The translations under genes and the position numbers were made by a program. Below, piece after piece: positions 20,238-29,183 of a DNA stretch of 64,000 bases. This DNA comes from Nitrospirales bacterium (lineage in GTDB: Bacteria > Nitrospirota > Nitrospiria > Nitrospirales > UBA8639), in assembly GCA_963555755.3 (NCBI GenBank), contig OY820905.2, positions 3,616,001-3,680,000 of the forward strand. The letters run 5' to 3'. The notes below the pieces were generated by a model. The model was not told the DNA's origin. It was given only the letters and a program-made list of their open reading frames with translations, and made no database searches. Within the stretch, counting starts at the first letter, position 1. The number at the start of each line of letters is the position of its first letter.

Positions 20238-21113
20238 ATGAAACTGATAAAGCCAAAAATTGAAAGCACTATTCATAGTCCGGATTTTAGGGAATGGTGT
20301 CCATCTTCCTTCGAGTCTTTTCTTGTCGAATTGAACCATATCGTTGATTCATGTGAGGGTGATGATCCTGCTCCCTTGTTTAGAGGTCAAGCAAATAAAG
20401 GATGGCATCTCGACTCGACATTTGTCAGAAATTGTATTCAGCACCTTTTTAATATTCCTGACTACCGCACAGTAAAAAAAGAAGTAAGGCAATCAGTTCC
20501 CTTTCATAAAGCTATGGCATCTTTATTTTTGTTAAAATATGGAACGCTTTGGAACCCAAGTCCGGAATCTTTTGAACGAGAAGAAGTTGATGGTATCGAC
20601 CCATGGTTTGAGTTGTTAAAGAACTTGCAGCAGTACCCAGAAAATGACCGTTTTATAAATGGTACTTTTCTGGTGGATTGGAGTTGGTCCAAAGATATTG
20701 CCTTATACTTTGCAATTTTCCATGGGAAGGGACAGGAGAGGGAGGTGAGTTCTGGAGATGGATCCTTATGGATATATGATTCCGTTGCAACAGGAAACAC
20801 TCTTCAGCAAAAAAAGCTTGGTGAAATACTTTCAATGATGAGGAGTGAGGAATTTTTGAACGGTAGCAAGACTTTCCCACTTTTATTTTATCCACCTAGC
20901 CAAACCTTGCAGCCTCGCCAGAAAAATCAAGCCCCTTTTTATATTGCCCAAATGGACTTTCGGTATGATTTGGCGGATCATTGGGCCTCTTATGAGGAGC
21001 AGAATAAAAAAAGAGTATTTATCAAATTGGTCATAGATGAAATTTTAAAGGAGGAAGCTGCTAAATATCTCGAGTCGAATAATATTAGTGAAAAATTTGT
21101 TTACCCTGCATGA
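20238..21113 (+). CDS. FRG-domain protein
   Basis: LFRGQANKGW, LVDWSWSKDIALYFA and RQKNQ motifs; visibly AT-rich. Confidence 0.8.
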   Translation: MKLIKPKIESTIHSPDFREWCPSSFESFLVELNHIVDSCEGDDPAPLFRGQANKGWHLDSTFVRNCIQHLFNIPDYRTVKKEVRQSVPFHKAMASLFLLKYGTLWNPSPESFEREEVDGIDPWFELLKNLQQYPENDRFINGTFLVDWSWSKDIALYFAIFHGKGQEREVSSGDGSLWIYDSVATGNTLQQKKLGEILSMMRSEEFLNGSKTFPLLFYPPSQTLQPRQKNQAPFYIAQMDFRYDLADHWASYEEQNKKRVFIKLVIDEILKEEAAKYLESNNISEKFVYPA

Positions 21114-21144
21114 TCGATGGGAAAAGCTTTGTCCCCTCTCAACG

Positions 21145-21256
21145 CCTCGGGCGCGGCGGAGCCGCAGCCCCGAATCGACTTTTTGGCGAAGGTTGTTTGA
21201 GCAGAGCGAGTTCCTGAGCCATCTTATTCGGGGTGGAGGCGGAGGGACCCCCATGG
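21145..21256 (+). repeat. Repeat family A copy 3, left part (right part at 23835-23922; split by the IS)
   Basis: Removing 21257-23844 restores a contiguous family A copy. Confidence 0.85.
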
Positions 21257-23834
21257 CAATGGCATTCGTTTAAGGAATGGGCGGCATTCGTTTAAGGATT
21301 TGGCTCATTCGTTTAAGAAACGGATTCCATGTGCTTAAGGGACTTTCAGATAGAGGCCATCGACCCTGTGGGGTTCTTGGACTGGCTGTTCTTTTTGGGT
21401 GGATGCCACGTGGACTCCGGTTTCATGGATGTTCGAGGATAGGATCGGCCCGGCCTCACCCGTTGGTAGTGACTCACAATGGACTCGAAGGCCCGTTGGA
21501 CGGCGGTCTGCATCCGAGCATGGAGCACGAGCAGATCTTCGAAGCTTCGCGCAAACACGTGAAGGCAATGTTTGAAGTTGGTCTTGAATGTCCGCCTCGC
21601 CCCGGTGCCGGTTCCAACTATGGACGATCCGGGAGGGGCCATGGGCTCAGCTGCGGGGGCTTCGGGATTGAGTGCGTGGTCCGCCCGATTGGCGAACAGC
21701 CGGTTCATGGTGATCAGGACGAAATGCGCGAAGAGCTCTTGTTTGACGCCGCGCTCGGTTTTGGCATGAAACTCCTCGATGAGGAACAGGCGCTTGCTCA
21801 CCTTGTAGAGTTCCTCGATGCCCCAACGGGCATGGTAGAGATCCATGAACTCCTGGAGCGGATACCGCTGCTGGGGGCCGACCAGGGTGGTGCCCAAGCA
21901 AAATCGGCTGCCGGCCATCTCATATTTCAGAAGCCGCAGGCTCAACGGGATGATGGCGAGATCAGGATAGACCGCCCGGATGTCTCGTTGCGTGCGTGCG
22001 GCGGGGAAGAGGGTGACCGTGGTGTCGGTGTCCGGGCCGGCAAAAAACTCTTGAATCTCCTTGAACCCGCTGTCTTGGAGACGAAACACGGCGTGGATCC
22101 CGGCGGTCCAGTGCTGATGCAGCAGGACGTAGGAGAAATAGCCTCGATCGTACACCACGACATCGTTGGGCTTCAGCACAGCCAGGTGCCGCAGGGCGCA
22201 CCGTCGCTCGTTGCCATGCGCGACGAGGTCGAAATCCCAGGGCACTTGCGACGTGAGGTGGTAGAGGCAACTCAGCAACCCTTGAGGATAGTGTGCATTG
22301 TCAGAGGGCAAGGGGTAGCCACACGCCCGCAACGCGCGGGGCAGTGTAAGCTTGGAGCCATCGACGGCAAACACCCGATGGCCCAACCAGGTGTCGTTGG
22401 AGTCGTGTGGGGCATAGGCGTCCAGAATGTTCCGGTTGACGGACTGGAAAATGGCTTCGTCCAGTTTGCGACGTGCGACACAAAAGGACGCCGGCGCGAT
22501 GCTGTGGGGTTGCGGGAGCGCGAGCGCCAGGTTGTCGCAACTGTCCCACAAGTCATCAATGGTGGTGCCGTAACTTTGGGAGTTGGTTGACGACACCAAC
22601 CGAAAGATCAACAGCATCAGGATCAGGGAATCGATCACCCGTTTCCGGACGCGCCACTGGTCATCGTACTGGGCCGCCACGTCGTGGAGGATGTGGACCA
22701 CCTGTTTCCACCAGGCGACAAACCCTTCCCCGACGGACCGTGTGCGACTGGCTCGCACGTCGTTGCGATAGCGTGTCTTCACCGTGACGGCTCGATGCCC
22801 GGCAGTCAGGCACGCGCGCCAGTCGGGTTGGAGCGGATAGAGAAAAATCTCTTTTGTCGTGGGTGGACGGTCCGACGTTGAGCCAAACCGCCCGCGCCCC
22901 TCGGTGTAGCCCACGAAGTGCCAATTGGCCGCTCGATAACAGGTCCCGGCAAACCGGGAGGGATCGATGAACGTTTCAATCAGCACCGGGCGATAACCGT
23001 AGACTTCAACCCAGTCGTCCCCGATCTGCTTGGTGGCCCGCGCCAGCACATGGCTGGCGAGATTCGGCACGTCAATCCACGGAAAGATCAAAAACCGATC
23101 ATTGCGCAACACCAATGGCAGGAGCTTCCTCCGGTGCGTCACGTCCCAGCCAATCCAGTGATCTCTGGGGGCCAGCGCCCAGGCGGCCGAGGCCGAAAAC
23201 AGCAGACAGCCCAGCGGGTACGGCTGGGCGGCCGATCTCACCAGATAGCCCAGCTGGGCCCCGATCGGGTGTTTATAGCCCAAATAATGATAGGTCTGCA
23301 GGTAGACTTTCCAGCTCTCGCGTTCCTCTTTCGAGACCACCCGGTGCAGGGTAATTGGGGCCACGGCGGCGAGGGTGTCGGTGAGTGGCTCGGTGGGGGG
23401 CGGCTCGTGAAACGCAGGGATGGGGTGTCCCGGCGCGCGCTTGTGGCGCGTGGCCGGCAGAGTCACGATCCCGTGCGCTTCCAGCTCGGTCAGCAAGGTC
23501 AAACAGGAATGAATCTTGTTGTGGCCCGTCGGCGTGGTCCAGCTGAGATGCTCACAGACGGTGAGGGCCAATTCCTTCCGACTCAGGTGGGGGAACAGCT
23601 GGACGGTTTCTTGGACCTGCGCCAACTGCTTGCGGGTGAACCGCCGCCCGCTAAAGGTCGTCTTGGGTAAGGTGTCCACAGTCTTCATCGAGGATAGTCT
23701 CTCAGAAGACGGAAAAGAAGTCAAGCGAAAAAGGACACCAGGGCGACTTCGGTTCAGAAGCCCTGATCAATCAACCAGTTCCGCTGATAACAGAGAAGGC
23801 AGATTGTTCGTTCGAACCAAACCGAATGCCATTG
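21257..23834 (-). mobile_element. IS4-family insertion sequence, 2578 bp
   Basis: 12-bp TIR CAATGGCATTCG/CGAATGCCATTG; 10-bp TSD ACCCCCATGG (21247-21256 and 23835-23844); visibly GC-richer than its flanks. Confidence 0.92.
21346..23724 (-). CDS. DUF4338 (DruA-like) domain fused to IS4-family DDE transposase (start may be 23688)
   Basis: N-terminal part: YHYLGY, RDHWIGW, RFLIFPW..VPNLASHVL, ETFID..RFAGTCYRAANW. C-terminal part: AVDGS, YDRGYFS, YHARWGIEELYK (IS4 YREK motif). Confidence 0.85.
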   Translation of the reverse strand: MTSFPSSERLSSMKTVDTLPKTTFSGRRFTRKQLAQVQETVQLFPHLSRKELALTVCEHLSWTTPTGHNKIHSCLTLLTELEAHGIVTLPATRHKRAPGHPIPAFHEPPPTEPLTDTLAAVAPITLHRVVSKEERESWKVYLQTYHYLGYKHPIGAQLGYLVRSAAQPYPLGCLLFSASAAWALAPRDHWIGWDVTHRRKLLPLVLRNDRFLIFPWIDVPNLASHVLARATKQIGDDWVEVYGYRPVLIETFIDPSRFAGTCYRAANWHFVGYTEGRGRFGSTSDRPPTTKEIFLYPLQPDWRACLTAGHRAVTVKTRYRNDVRASRTRSVGEGFVAWWKQVVHILHDVAAQYDDQWRVRKRVIDSLILMLLIFRLVSSTNSQSYGTTIDDLWDSCDNLALALPQPHSIAPASFCVARRKLDEAIFQSVNRNILDAYAPHDSNDTWLGHRVFAVDGSKLTLPRALRACGYPLPSDNAHYPQGLLSCLYHLTSQVPWDFDLVAHGNERRCALRHLAVLKPNDVVVYDRGYFSYVLLHQHWTAGIHAVFRLQDSGFKEIQEFFAGPDTDTTVTLFPAARTQRDIRAVYPDLAIIPLSLRLLKYEMAGSRFCLGTTLVGPQQRYPLQEFMDLYHARWGIEELYKVSKRLFLIEEFHAKTERGVKQELFAHFVLITMNRLFANRADHALNPEAPAAEPMAPPGSSIVGTGTGARRTFKTNFKHCLHVFARSFEDLLVLHARMQTAVQRAFESIVSHYQRVRPGRSYPRTSMKPESTWHPPKKNSQSKNPTGSMASI

Positions 23835-23922
23835 ACCCCCATGGGGCCGCGCACGGGCAAAAATGGTTTTGGGTCCTTTTGCCGAAACAAAAGGATCTCG
23901 TCGGCGGGGGCGAAACCCCGCA
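23835..23922 (+). repeat. Repeat family A copy 3, right part
   Basis: GGGCCGCGCACGGGC..AATGGTTTTGGGTCCTTTTGCCGAAACAAAAGG...AAACCCCGCA. Confidence 0.85.
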
Positions 23923-23960
23923 AAATAATCATTCATAATTTTTTAAAGGAGCCCCACCCC

Positions 23961-24336
23961 ATGAGTCTAAAAGTTTCCGAAGTCGCCTTTGTTGGGTATC
24001 CCGTATCGGAGTATGAAGCGGGCCAAAGATTTTTATGAACGCGTTCTTGGCCTAAAGGTAGGGGAGATTGATGAAGAAATTCCTGTAATGCCCGGAAAGT
24101 ATTGGGTGGAATATGAGGTCGGATCCCAAACATTTGCGATCTCGAATGCGTGGGAACCCTCAGGCCAAAGCGGTCCCTCAATTGCATTCGAAGTCGAAGA
24201 CTTTGAAGAAGCAATGAATCACCTCAAAAAAGAAAGCGTAAAAATTGTGGCTGAATGCATAGAAACCCCAGTCTGCCGTATAGCCCTCATAGAAGACCCC
24301 GACGGCAACGGCATCACCATTCACAAAAGACATTAA
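23961..24336 (+). pseudogene. VOC/glyoxalase-family gene, frameshifted paralog of 26157-26531
   Basis: Extra G at 24011 (TCGGA-G-TATG versus TCGGATATG in the intact copy); could also be a sequencing error. Confidence 0.8.
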
Positions 24337-24380
24337 AAGCTAAAGTGCGAGGCGGATGAATAAGAGGGAAAGGGCAATTT

Positions 24381-24626
24381 ATGAAGAAGACTAAACCCGA
24401 TGAACTTCGCTCGGAATATTCTCGAGAAGATCTTGGAAAAGGCGTACGGGGGAAATACTTAAATGCCTATCGAGCGGGACATAACCTGGTTCGGTTGAAT
24501 CCAGAAGTTGCAGCAGCCTTTCCTTCTGACGAAGCCGTGAATGAGGCGTTGAGTTCACTCATCAAAGTCGCCCAGCACGCTGGCCTAACAAAGCGCTCAA
24601 ATGGACGCAGCAAATCAAGTCGGTAA
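24381..24626 (+). CDS. Orphan BrnA-like antitoxin
   Basis: DELRSEY...GVRGKY...VRLNPEVAAAFPSDEAVNEAL; no toxin partner visible. Confidence 0.65.
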   Translation: MKKTKPDELRSEYSREDLGKGVRGKYLNAYRAGHNLVRLNPEVAAAFPSDEAVNEALSSLIKVAQHAGLTKRSNGRSKSSR

Positions 24627-24635
24627 ACAGGTCCC

Positions 24636-25229
24636 ATGAAAAAAGTTTCGCTTTCGAGAAATGATTTATTGGGTTTTGCTGCTGATGACCTTGGATTCTA
24701 CGGTCTTGACGTTAGCCGAATCAGTACAGTCTTTATTGCGCAAAATTTTCAGCTTCAAGCCAATCGAACCATAGACACCATGTCTTTAATGGATGAGGTC
24801 AAATACCTTGAAGGTCTGAGAAACAAGACTTCAACGGAAAAGGAGAAAGCTTTTAAAAAGCTGCCTCTGAAAGGACTTTTCAAGAAGCACTTTATGAGCG
24901 CGGGATTTATTGTGAAAAATATTGGTGCTCATTTCGGTTTTGAATGGGGCGGCAACATTAATCTTGACAATCTGATTGAAGAAGTCTTTTCAAATAACAA
25001 ATCGGGGTACGTTAATGATGCTTTTGTTGGCCAACTTACATATGGCATGGTAACTCAAGCCATTGAGAAGAGAGCCCAAAAAGGATTGACAGGAGAATGG
25101 ATTGTCTTTGGGAAGTTTAAGGGCAAGAACTATTATCTCACTATTGCTGCACATGATGAGGGCGATGAGAACATTTTTAATCGCGTGTGCGATGCGTACG
25201 ATTTCGACTTTCCCTTCCTACGAAACTAA
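24636..25229 (+). CDS. Hypothetical protein (AT-rich, accessory)
   Basis: 197-aa ORF with no motif I can name. Confidence 0.7.
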   Translation: MKKVSLSRNDLLGFAADDLGFYGLDVSRISTVFIAQNFQLQANRTIDTMSLMDEVKYLEGLRNKTSTEKEKAFKKLPLKGLFKKHFMSAGFIVKNIGAHFGFEWGGNINLDNLIEEVFSNNKSGYVNDAFVGQLTYGMVTQAIEKRAQKGLTGEWIVFGKFKGKNYYLTIAAHDEGDENIFNRVCDAYDFDFPFLRN

Positions 25230-25241
25230 TCTACCTATCCC

Positions 25242-25380
25242 CGCCTTGGGCGCGGCGGAGGCGGAGGAACCCGTAGGGCCGCGCACGGGCGAAAATGGTT
25301 TTGGGTCCTTTTGCCGAAACAAAAGAGCCTGTCCCGAGTCTGTCGAGAGGAACCTCGTCGCGCGGGGGCGAAACCCCGCA
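25242..25380 (+). repeat. Repeat family A copy 4 (short form; small REP inserted at 25328-25350)
   Basis: Left motif joined directly to GGCGGAGG..CCC..GGGCCGCGCACGGGC; CCTGTCCCGAGTCTGTCGAGAGG interrupts the right hairpin. Confidence 0.8.
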
Positions 25381-25463
25381 AACGTTATTTGTGCAGGATT
25401 GTGCGTATCTGTTTACAATGTCATCGAATTTGAGAAATACAGATTTTGTGAGGAGGGATCGTT

Positions 25464-25670
25464 ATGAAATTTACCGTGACGCTCGATCGTGATGAAGACG
25501 GAATGTGGGTAGTGGAATGCCCTTCGATACCTGGTTGCGTGAGCCAGGGGAAGAATGAAGAAGAGGCCTTGGAAAATATCAAAGAAGCCATCCAACTTTG
25601 CCTTGAAGTGCGTGCAGAGCAGGGACTCCCTTTGACAGTAGAGACAAGGGAAGTTGAGGTGACTGCCTGA
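25464..25670 (+). CDS. hicB: HicB-family antitoxin
   Basis: EDGMWVVECPSIPGCVSQGKNEEEALENIKEAI. Confidence 0.9.
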   Translation: MKFTVTLDRDEDGMWVVECPSIPGCVSQGKNEEEALENIKEAIQLCLEVRAEQGLPLTVETREVEVTA

Positions 25671-25901
25671 ATGGCGACCCTACCCACGTTAAGTGGTCGC
25701 GAAATCGTTAAGGTATTCGAGAAGCTTGGCTGGAGAGTTGCCCGTCAGCGTGGTAGCCATATTATCCTGGTCAAGGACGGTCAGGTTGCCACACTTTCTA
25801 TTCCTGATCATAAGGAAGTGGCGAAAGGAACCCTGCGGAGTTTGCTCCGTATGGCTCGACTCACAGCTCAGGATTTCGGGGATGTTCTTCGGGTTCTTTA
25901 A
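25671..25901 (+). CDS. hicA: HicA-family toxin
   Basis: RQRGSHIIL...SIPDHKEVAKGTLRSLL. Confidence 0.9.
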   Translation: MATLPTLSGREIVKVFEKLGWRVARQRGSHIILVKDGQVATLSIPDHKEVAKGTLRSLLRMARLTAQDFGDVLRVL

Positions 25902-26003
25902 AGGTTTATTTGTTGAAATAATAAATAGAGGAATTTTGAAGGAATTGGGTTCAGACACAATTAATGGACCTTAGTGAGTCTAGCCAGCCTTTGAATTTTT
26001 TTA

Positions 26004-26117
26004 CGCCTTGGGCGCGGCGGAGGCGGAGGGACCCGGAGGGCCGCGCACGGGCGGAAATGGTTTTGGGTCCTTTTGCCGAAACAAAAGGACCTCGTCGCGC
26101 GGGGACGAAACCCCGCA
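26004..26117 (+). repeat. Repeat family A copy 5 (short form)
   Basis: Same left motif and right hairpins as copy 4. Confidence 0.85.
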
Positions 26118-26156
26118 ATATATTCATTCATAAATTTTTAAAAGGAGTTCTACCCC

Positions 26157-26531
26157 ATGAGTCTAAAAGTTTCTGAAGTCGCATTTGTTGGATATCCCGT
26201 ATCGGATATGAAGCGTGCAAAAGATTTTTATGAACGGATTCTCGGTCTTACAGTAGGAGAATATGATTACGAGATTCCCGAAATGCCAGGAAAATACTGG
26301 GTGGAGTATGAAATTGGATCGCAAACGTTTGCCATTTCGAACGCCTGGGAACCCTCTGGTCAAAGCGGTCCATCCATTGCTTTTGAAGTCGAAGACTTTG
26401 AGGAGGCAATGACTCACCTCAAAAACGAAGGCGTAAAAATTGTGACGGAGTGTATCGAAACCCACGTTTGCCGAATAGGGCTCATTGAAGATCCCGATGG
26501 CAACGGAATCACCATTCACAAGAAGCACTAA
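26157..26531 (+). CDS. VOC/glyoxalase/bleomycin-resistance family protein
   Basis: PVSDMKRAKDFYERILGL...IAFEVEDF...DPDGNGITIH. Confidence 0.9.
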   Translation: MSLKVSEVAFVGYPVSDMKRAKDFYERILGLTVGEYDYEIPEMPGKYWVEYEIGSQTFAISNAWEPSGQSGPSIAFEVEDFEEAMTHLKNEGVKIVTECIETHVCRIGLIEDPDGNGITIHKKH

Positions 26532-26591
26532 GTTTGGATAGTGCTTTCCTTATATTTCAAAAAGATTTAGGGAATCAGTCCTGATTGTTCG

Positions 26592-26807
26592 AGCCTTGGG
26601 CGCGGCGGAGCCGCAGCACCGAATCGGCCTCTCTGGGGAGCACTGTCTGAGTCCTTCGACAAGGCTCAGGACAGGCTCCGCGAGTTGCGCAGCCATCTTA
26701 TTCGGGGCGGGGGCGGAGGGACCCGGAGGGCCGCGCACGGGCGGAAATGGTTTTGGGTCCTTTTGCCGAAACAAAAGTGCCTCGTCGCGCGGGGACGAAA
26801 CCCCGCA
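26592..26807 (+). repeat. Repeat family A copy 6 (long form; small REP at 26653-26675)
   Basis: Full family A layout with CCTTCGACAAGGCTCAGGACAGG inside. Confidence 0.85.
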
Positions 26808-26888
26808 AGATAATATTCTAGAAAACCAATTAGGTTAGGAGAGGAAAAGGATTCGGTATGTCGGACAAACTGCCAAGAACCTGAAAAT

Positions 26889-27599
26889 CTACAGATACTC
26901 TTGCCGAATTTCCACATCGGAGACCATACGCTTGGCCGCTTGAAAGGCTTGCAACGCACGTTGTTTCTTTTGGAACAAAATTTGAAGACGAATCCGTTTG
27001 TGGATACGGTCTTTTTCCACCTCATCCTCCATGCCAGCCGTTTGACGCGTGGCTAACTCCTCCGCTTCCTGTACTTCCGATGGATTGAGCGTAGCGACAT
27101 CTTGGACAATTATTTGCGCATGTTGCGTCTGGAGATCTCTGGTCAGTTGTTGTTCAAAGTCTTTTGGTGAAAACCGATTCGCGGAAAGGCGCCGATGGTA
27201 AAGTCCCGCATCAAACGTTCCGTCTGTTTGAAATTCTTTCCTCTTCCTAATTTCATAGCGGAGGGTATTGGGCGAAATGCCAATGTCCCATTCGTCTGCC
27301 GTCACCAGCCATACTTTTTTGTCGACCATACTTTGGATGACCTGTTGTTTTAATCCTTTCTCGTCCACCAATGCCTGTTTCAGCTCATCCTTATAAAATC
27401 GATACATACGAGTATAGGTCCGACGGAATTCATCAAGACTGACTGTATAGGGCCCGACAATGGCTACGGCATTGGGTTGCTGTGAGCTTTCAAACCCAAA
27501 CCAGCCCATCCCAATCATAAAGGTAACGGCAATGAGGAGGATAATGATCTTGAGCAGCCAGGGGTATTTTGTTGAGCCTTCGCGAATGAGTTTAATCAT
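26889..27599 (-). CDS. SurA/PpiD N-terminal-domain protein
   Basis: MIKLIRE..KYPWLLKII TM anchor; F...GTFD..LY..RL...FE motif. Confidence 0.75.
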   Translation of the reverse strand: MIKLIREGSTKYPWLLKIIILLIAVTFMIGMGWFGFESSQQPNAVAIVGPYTVSLDEFRRTYTRMYRFYKDELKQALVDEKGLKQQVIQSMVDKKVWLVTADEWDIGISPNTLRYEIRKRKEFQTDGTFDAGLYHRRLSANRFSPKDFEQQLTRDLQTQHAQIIVQDVATLNPSEVQEAEELATRQTAGMEDEVEKDRIHKRIRLQILFQKKQRALQAFQAAKRMVSDVEIRQEYL

Positions 27600-27613
27600 G
27601 CCGTTCTCCTGTT

Positions 27614-27734
27614 GGGGCTGTTGCAAAAGGCTGCCAGCGGCGTTCTCGGGGCTTTGTCGTCCTCACGTACTCCATGTACGCTGCGGGCGCCAAATCCCCT
27701 GCGGCCTTGCTGGACAGCCTTTTTCAAAAGCCCC
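27614..27734 (+). repeat. Repeat family B copy 4
   Basis: GGGGCTGTTGCAAAAGGCTG...CAGCCTTTTTCAAAAGCCCC arms. Confidence 0.85.
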
Positions 27735-28193
27735 ATTTCCATCAACCATCGGAGGATGGTGAAAAGGGGGTGACGAATGAGGAAAGTTTTTGAATTATTC
27801 AACGGTTCATTTGTTAAAAGCCTGTTTCGGTGAAGGCATTGTACGCAGGGGGTCGCCTTGAAGCAAGCGGCTTTATATAGGTAAGCTATAAGTAGCTGGT
27901 GGGGCTTTTATGGAGCGGGTGCCACAGGTGTTCAAGGCCGGAAAGCCAAGGGGAAGAATGGACCACAAGGCAGGTGGTTAATCTCGGAGGCGGCGTTTGA
28001 GCATATTCATGCCAAAATTGGAATCGACTGTACTGCTGCGAGAGATCTCAAACCACGCAAACCCCATAATGACTCCGAGTACGGTGCCTAATAGAACGTA
28101 GTTCAACAACATGGCAATTCCTTCACACACGTATTCATATTTCGCAATAATTCCTGTCTACAGATTCTGTCGGAATTTTATGCACAAACTTTA

Positions 28194-28540
28194 GGACCTG
28201 AGAGAAAATACCTTGGACACTATCGCGCCAAGATTTGGGTCAGATTTGGACGGAACGATTGAGAAAAACCCGAGGCATAGCACAGCTATGTGGAGGGTGT
28301 TTCGATTGAGGCCTGTTCAACCTAGAAACAGCAGTTGGATCACAAAAGTCCGCGCAAGCTCTTGGCGCACCTGGCAAAATACAAAAATGTCTTATCACCA
28401 CCGAGGTGACCACGACTTTTTGTATTTCACCATGCACCCCAATACCTTACACGGCTTTTTTGCGCCCAACTGCTGTTTCTAGGTTCAAAGATGGCCCGAA
28501 GATTGGATGCGAGATGGCCAAGTTATTTTCTCTCAGGTCC
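28194..28540 (+). mobile_element. MITE family C copy 3 containing a nested family D MITE
   Basis: Family C TIRs with TTA on both sides. Confidence 0.88.
28321..28483 (+). mobile_element. MITE family D copy 1
   Basis: TIR CCTAGAAACAGCAGTTGG/CCAACTGCTGTTTCTAGG; 5-bp TSD TTCAA. Confidence 0.88.
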
Positions 28541-28655
28541 TTAGGGCCGATTGTCCTTTTTGGTACAGAGGGGCCTGGCTACTCCTGTTGGGGCTTTTGG
28601 AGTGAGAAAAGGCGTATTGATCGTTGATTGGGGTCGTTCCAAGTTGATAGATAAT

Positions 28656-29132
28656 ATGAACATTGTGTTTAGAAAGACTCTCGTGAATCAAGTAGTCGTG
28701 CAGGTGCTGGTTTGTAGTGTGGTGGGGTTGATCGCGATTGGAGTGGCTCCCCCGGTTGCCTGGGCTTCGGCAACGTTCAAGGGAAATGAGGCTGTGGCAA
28801 GCAAAACCCAGCGTATCACCGTTCATATTGAGAATCGTCGGTTTATACCTCACCTAATCCGGCTTCGTGTAGGACAACCAATTCGGCTGGTGTTCAAGAA
28901 TGACGATGTGGAGCTACATGCCTTTGTTCCCACGGACTTACTGAAGAAAACCAATGTTCAAGTCGAAGGGAATGGGGCGCCTCAATTCGATAGACAAGGG
29001 TTTCATCGTGTCCTGATTCCATCCCAGGGACAGGCGGAGTTGACATTTTCCCCAAAACACGCAGGCTCCTTCCCATTTTTCTGTGACCTCCCAGGCCACG
29101 TCATGAATGGGACTGTCGTGGTGGAGGAATAA
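28656..29132 (+). CDS. Exported cupredoxin-domain protein
   Basis: Signal-like N-terminus; NDDVELHAF and FFCDLPGHVM type-1 copper ligands. Confidence 0.8.
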   Translation: MNIVFRKTLVNQVVVQVLVCSVVGLIAIGVAPPVAWASATFKGNEAVASKTQRITVHIENRRFIPHLIRLRVGQPIRLVFKNDDVELHAFVPTDLLKKTNVQVEGNGAPQFDRQGFHRVLIPSQGQAELTFSPKHAGSFPFFCDLPGHVMNGTVVVEE

Positions 29133-29183
29133 ACGGATATGGTACAGTGAGAGAAAGAACGCGTAGTTTATCTCAATAGTGAG

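Noticed and set aside
21277..23670. Long plus-strand ORFs (437 aa and 250 aa) inside the IS
   Set aside because: Antisense shadows of the GC-rich transposase gene; no motifs.
21346..23724. Druantia defence system
   Set aside because: Only a DruA-like domain within an IS; no DruE helicase or other Dru genes in the window.
21145..26807. CRISPR array or true integron interpretation of the family A array
   Set aside because: Repeats are 110-240 bp with gene-sized gaps, no cas genes, no intI, and A lacks RYYYAAC/GTTRRRY boxes.
28000..28014. Sigma54-like motif on the minus strand (TGGCATGAATATGCT) ahead of a possible sRNA at ~27880-27990
   Set aside because: GG-to-GC spacing is 9 nt, not the required 10, and I cannot match the downstream sequence to any RNA family.
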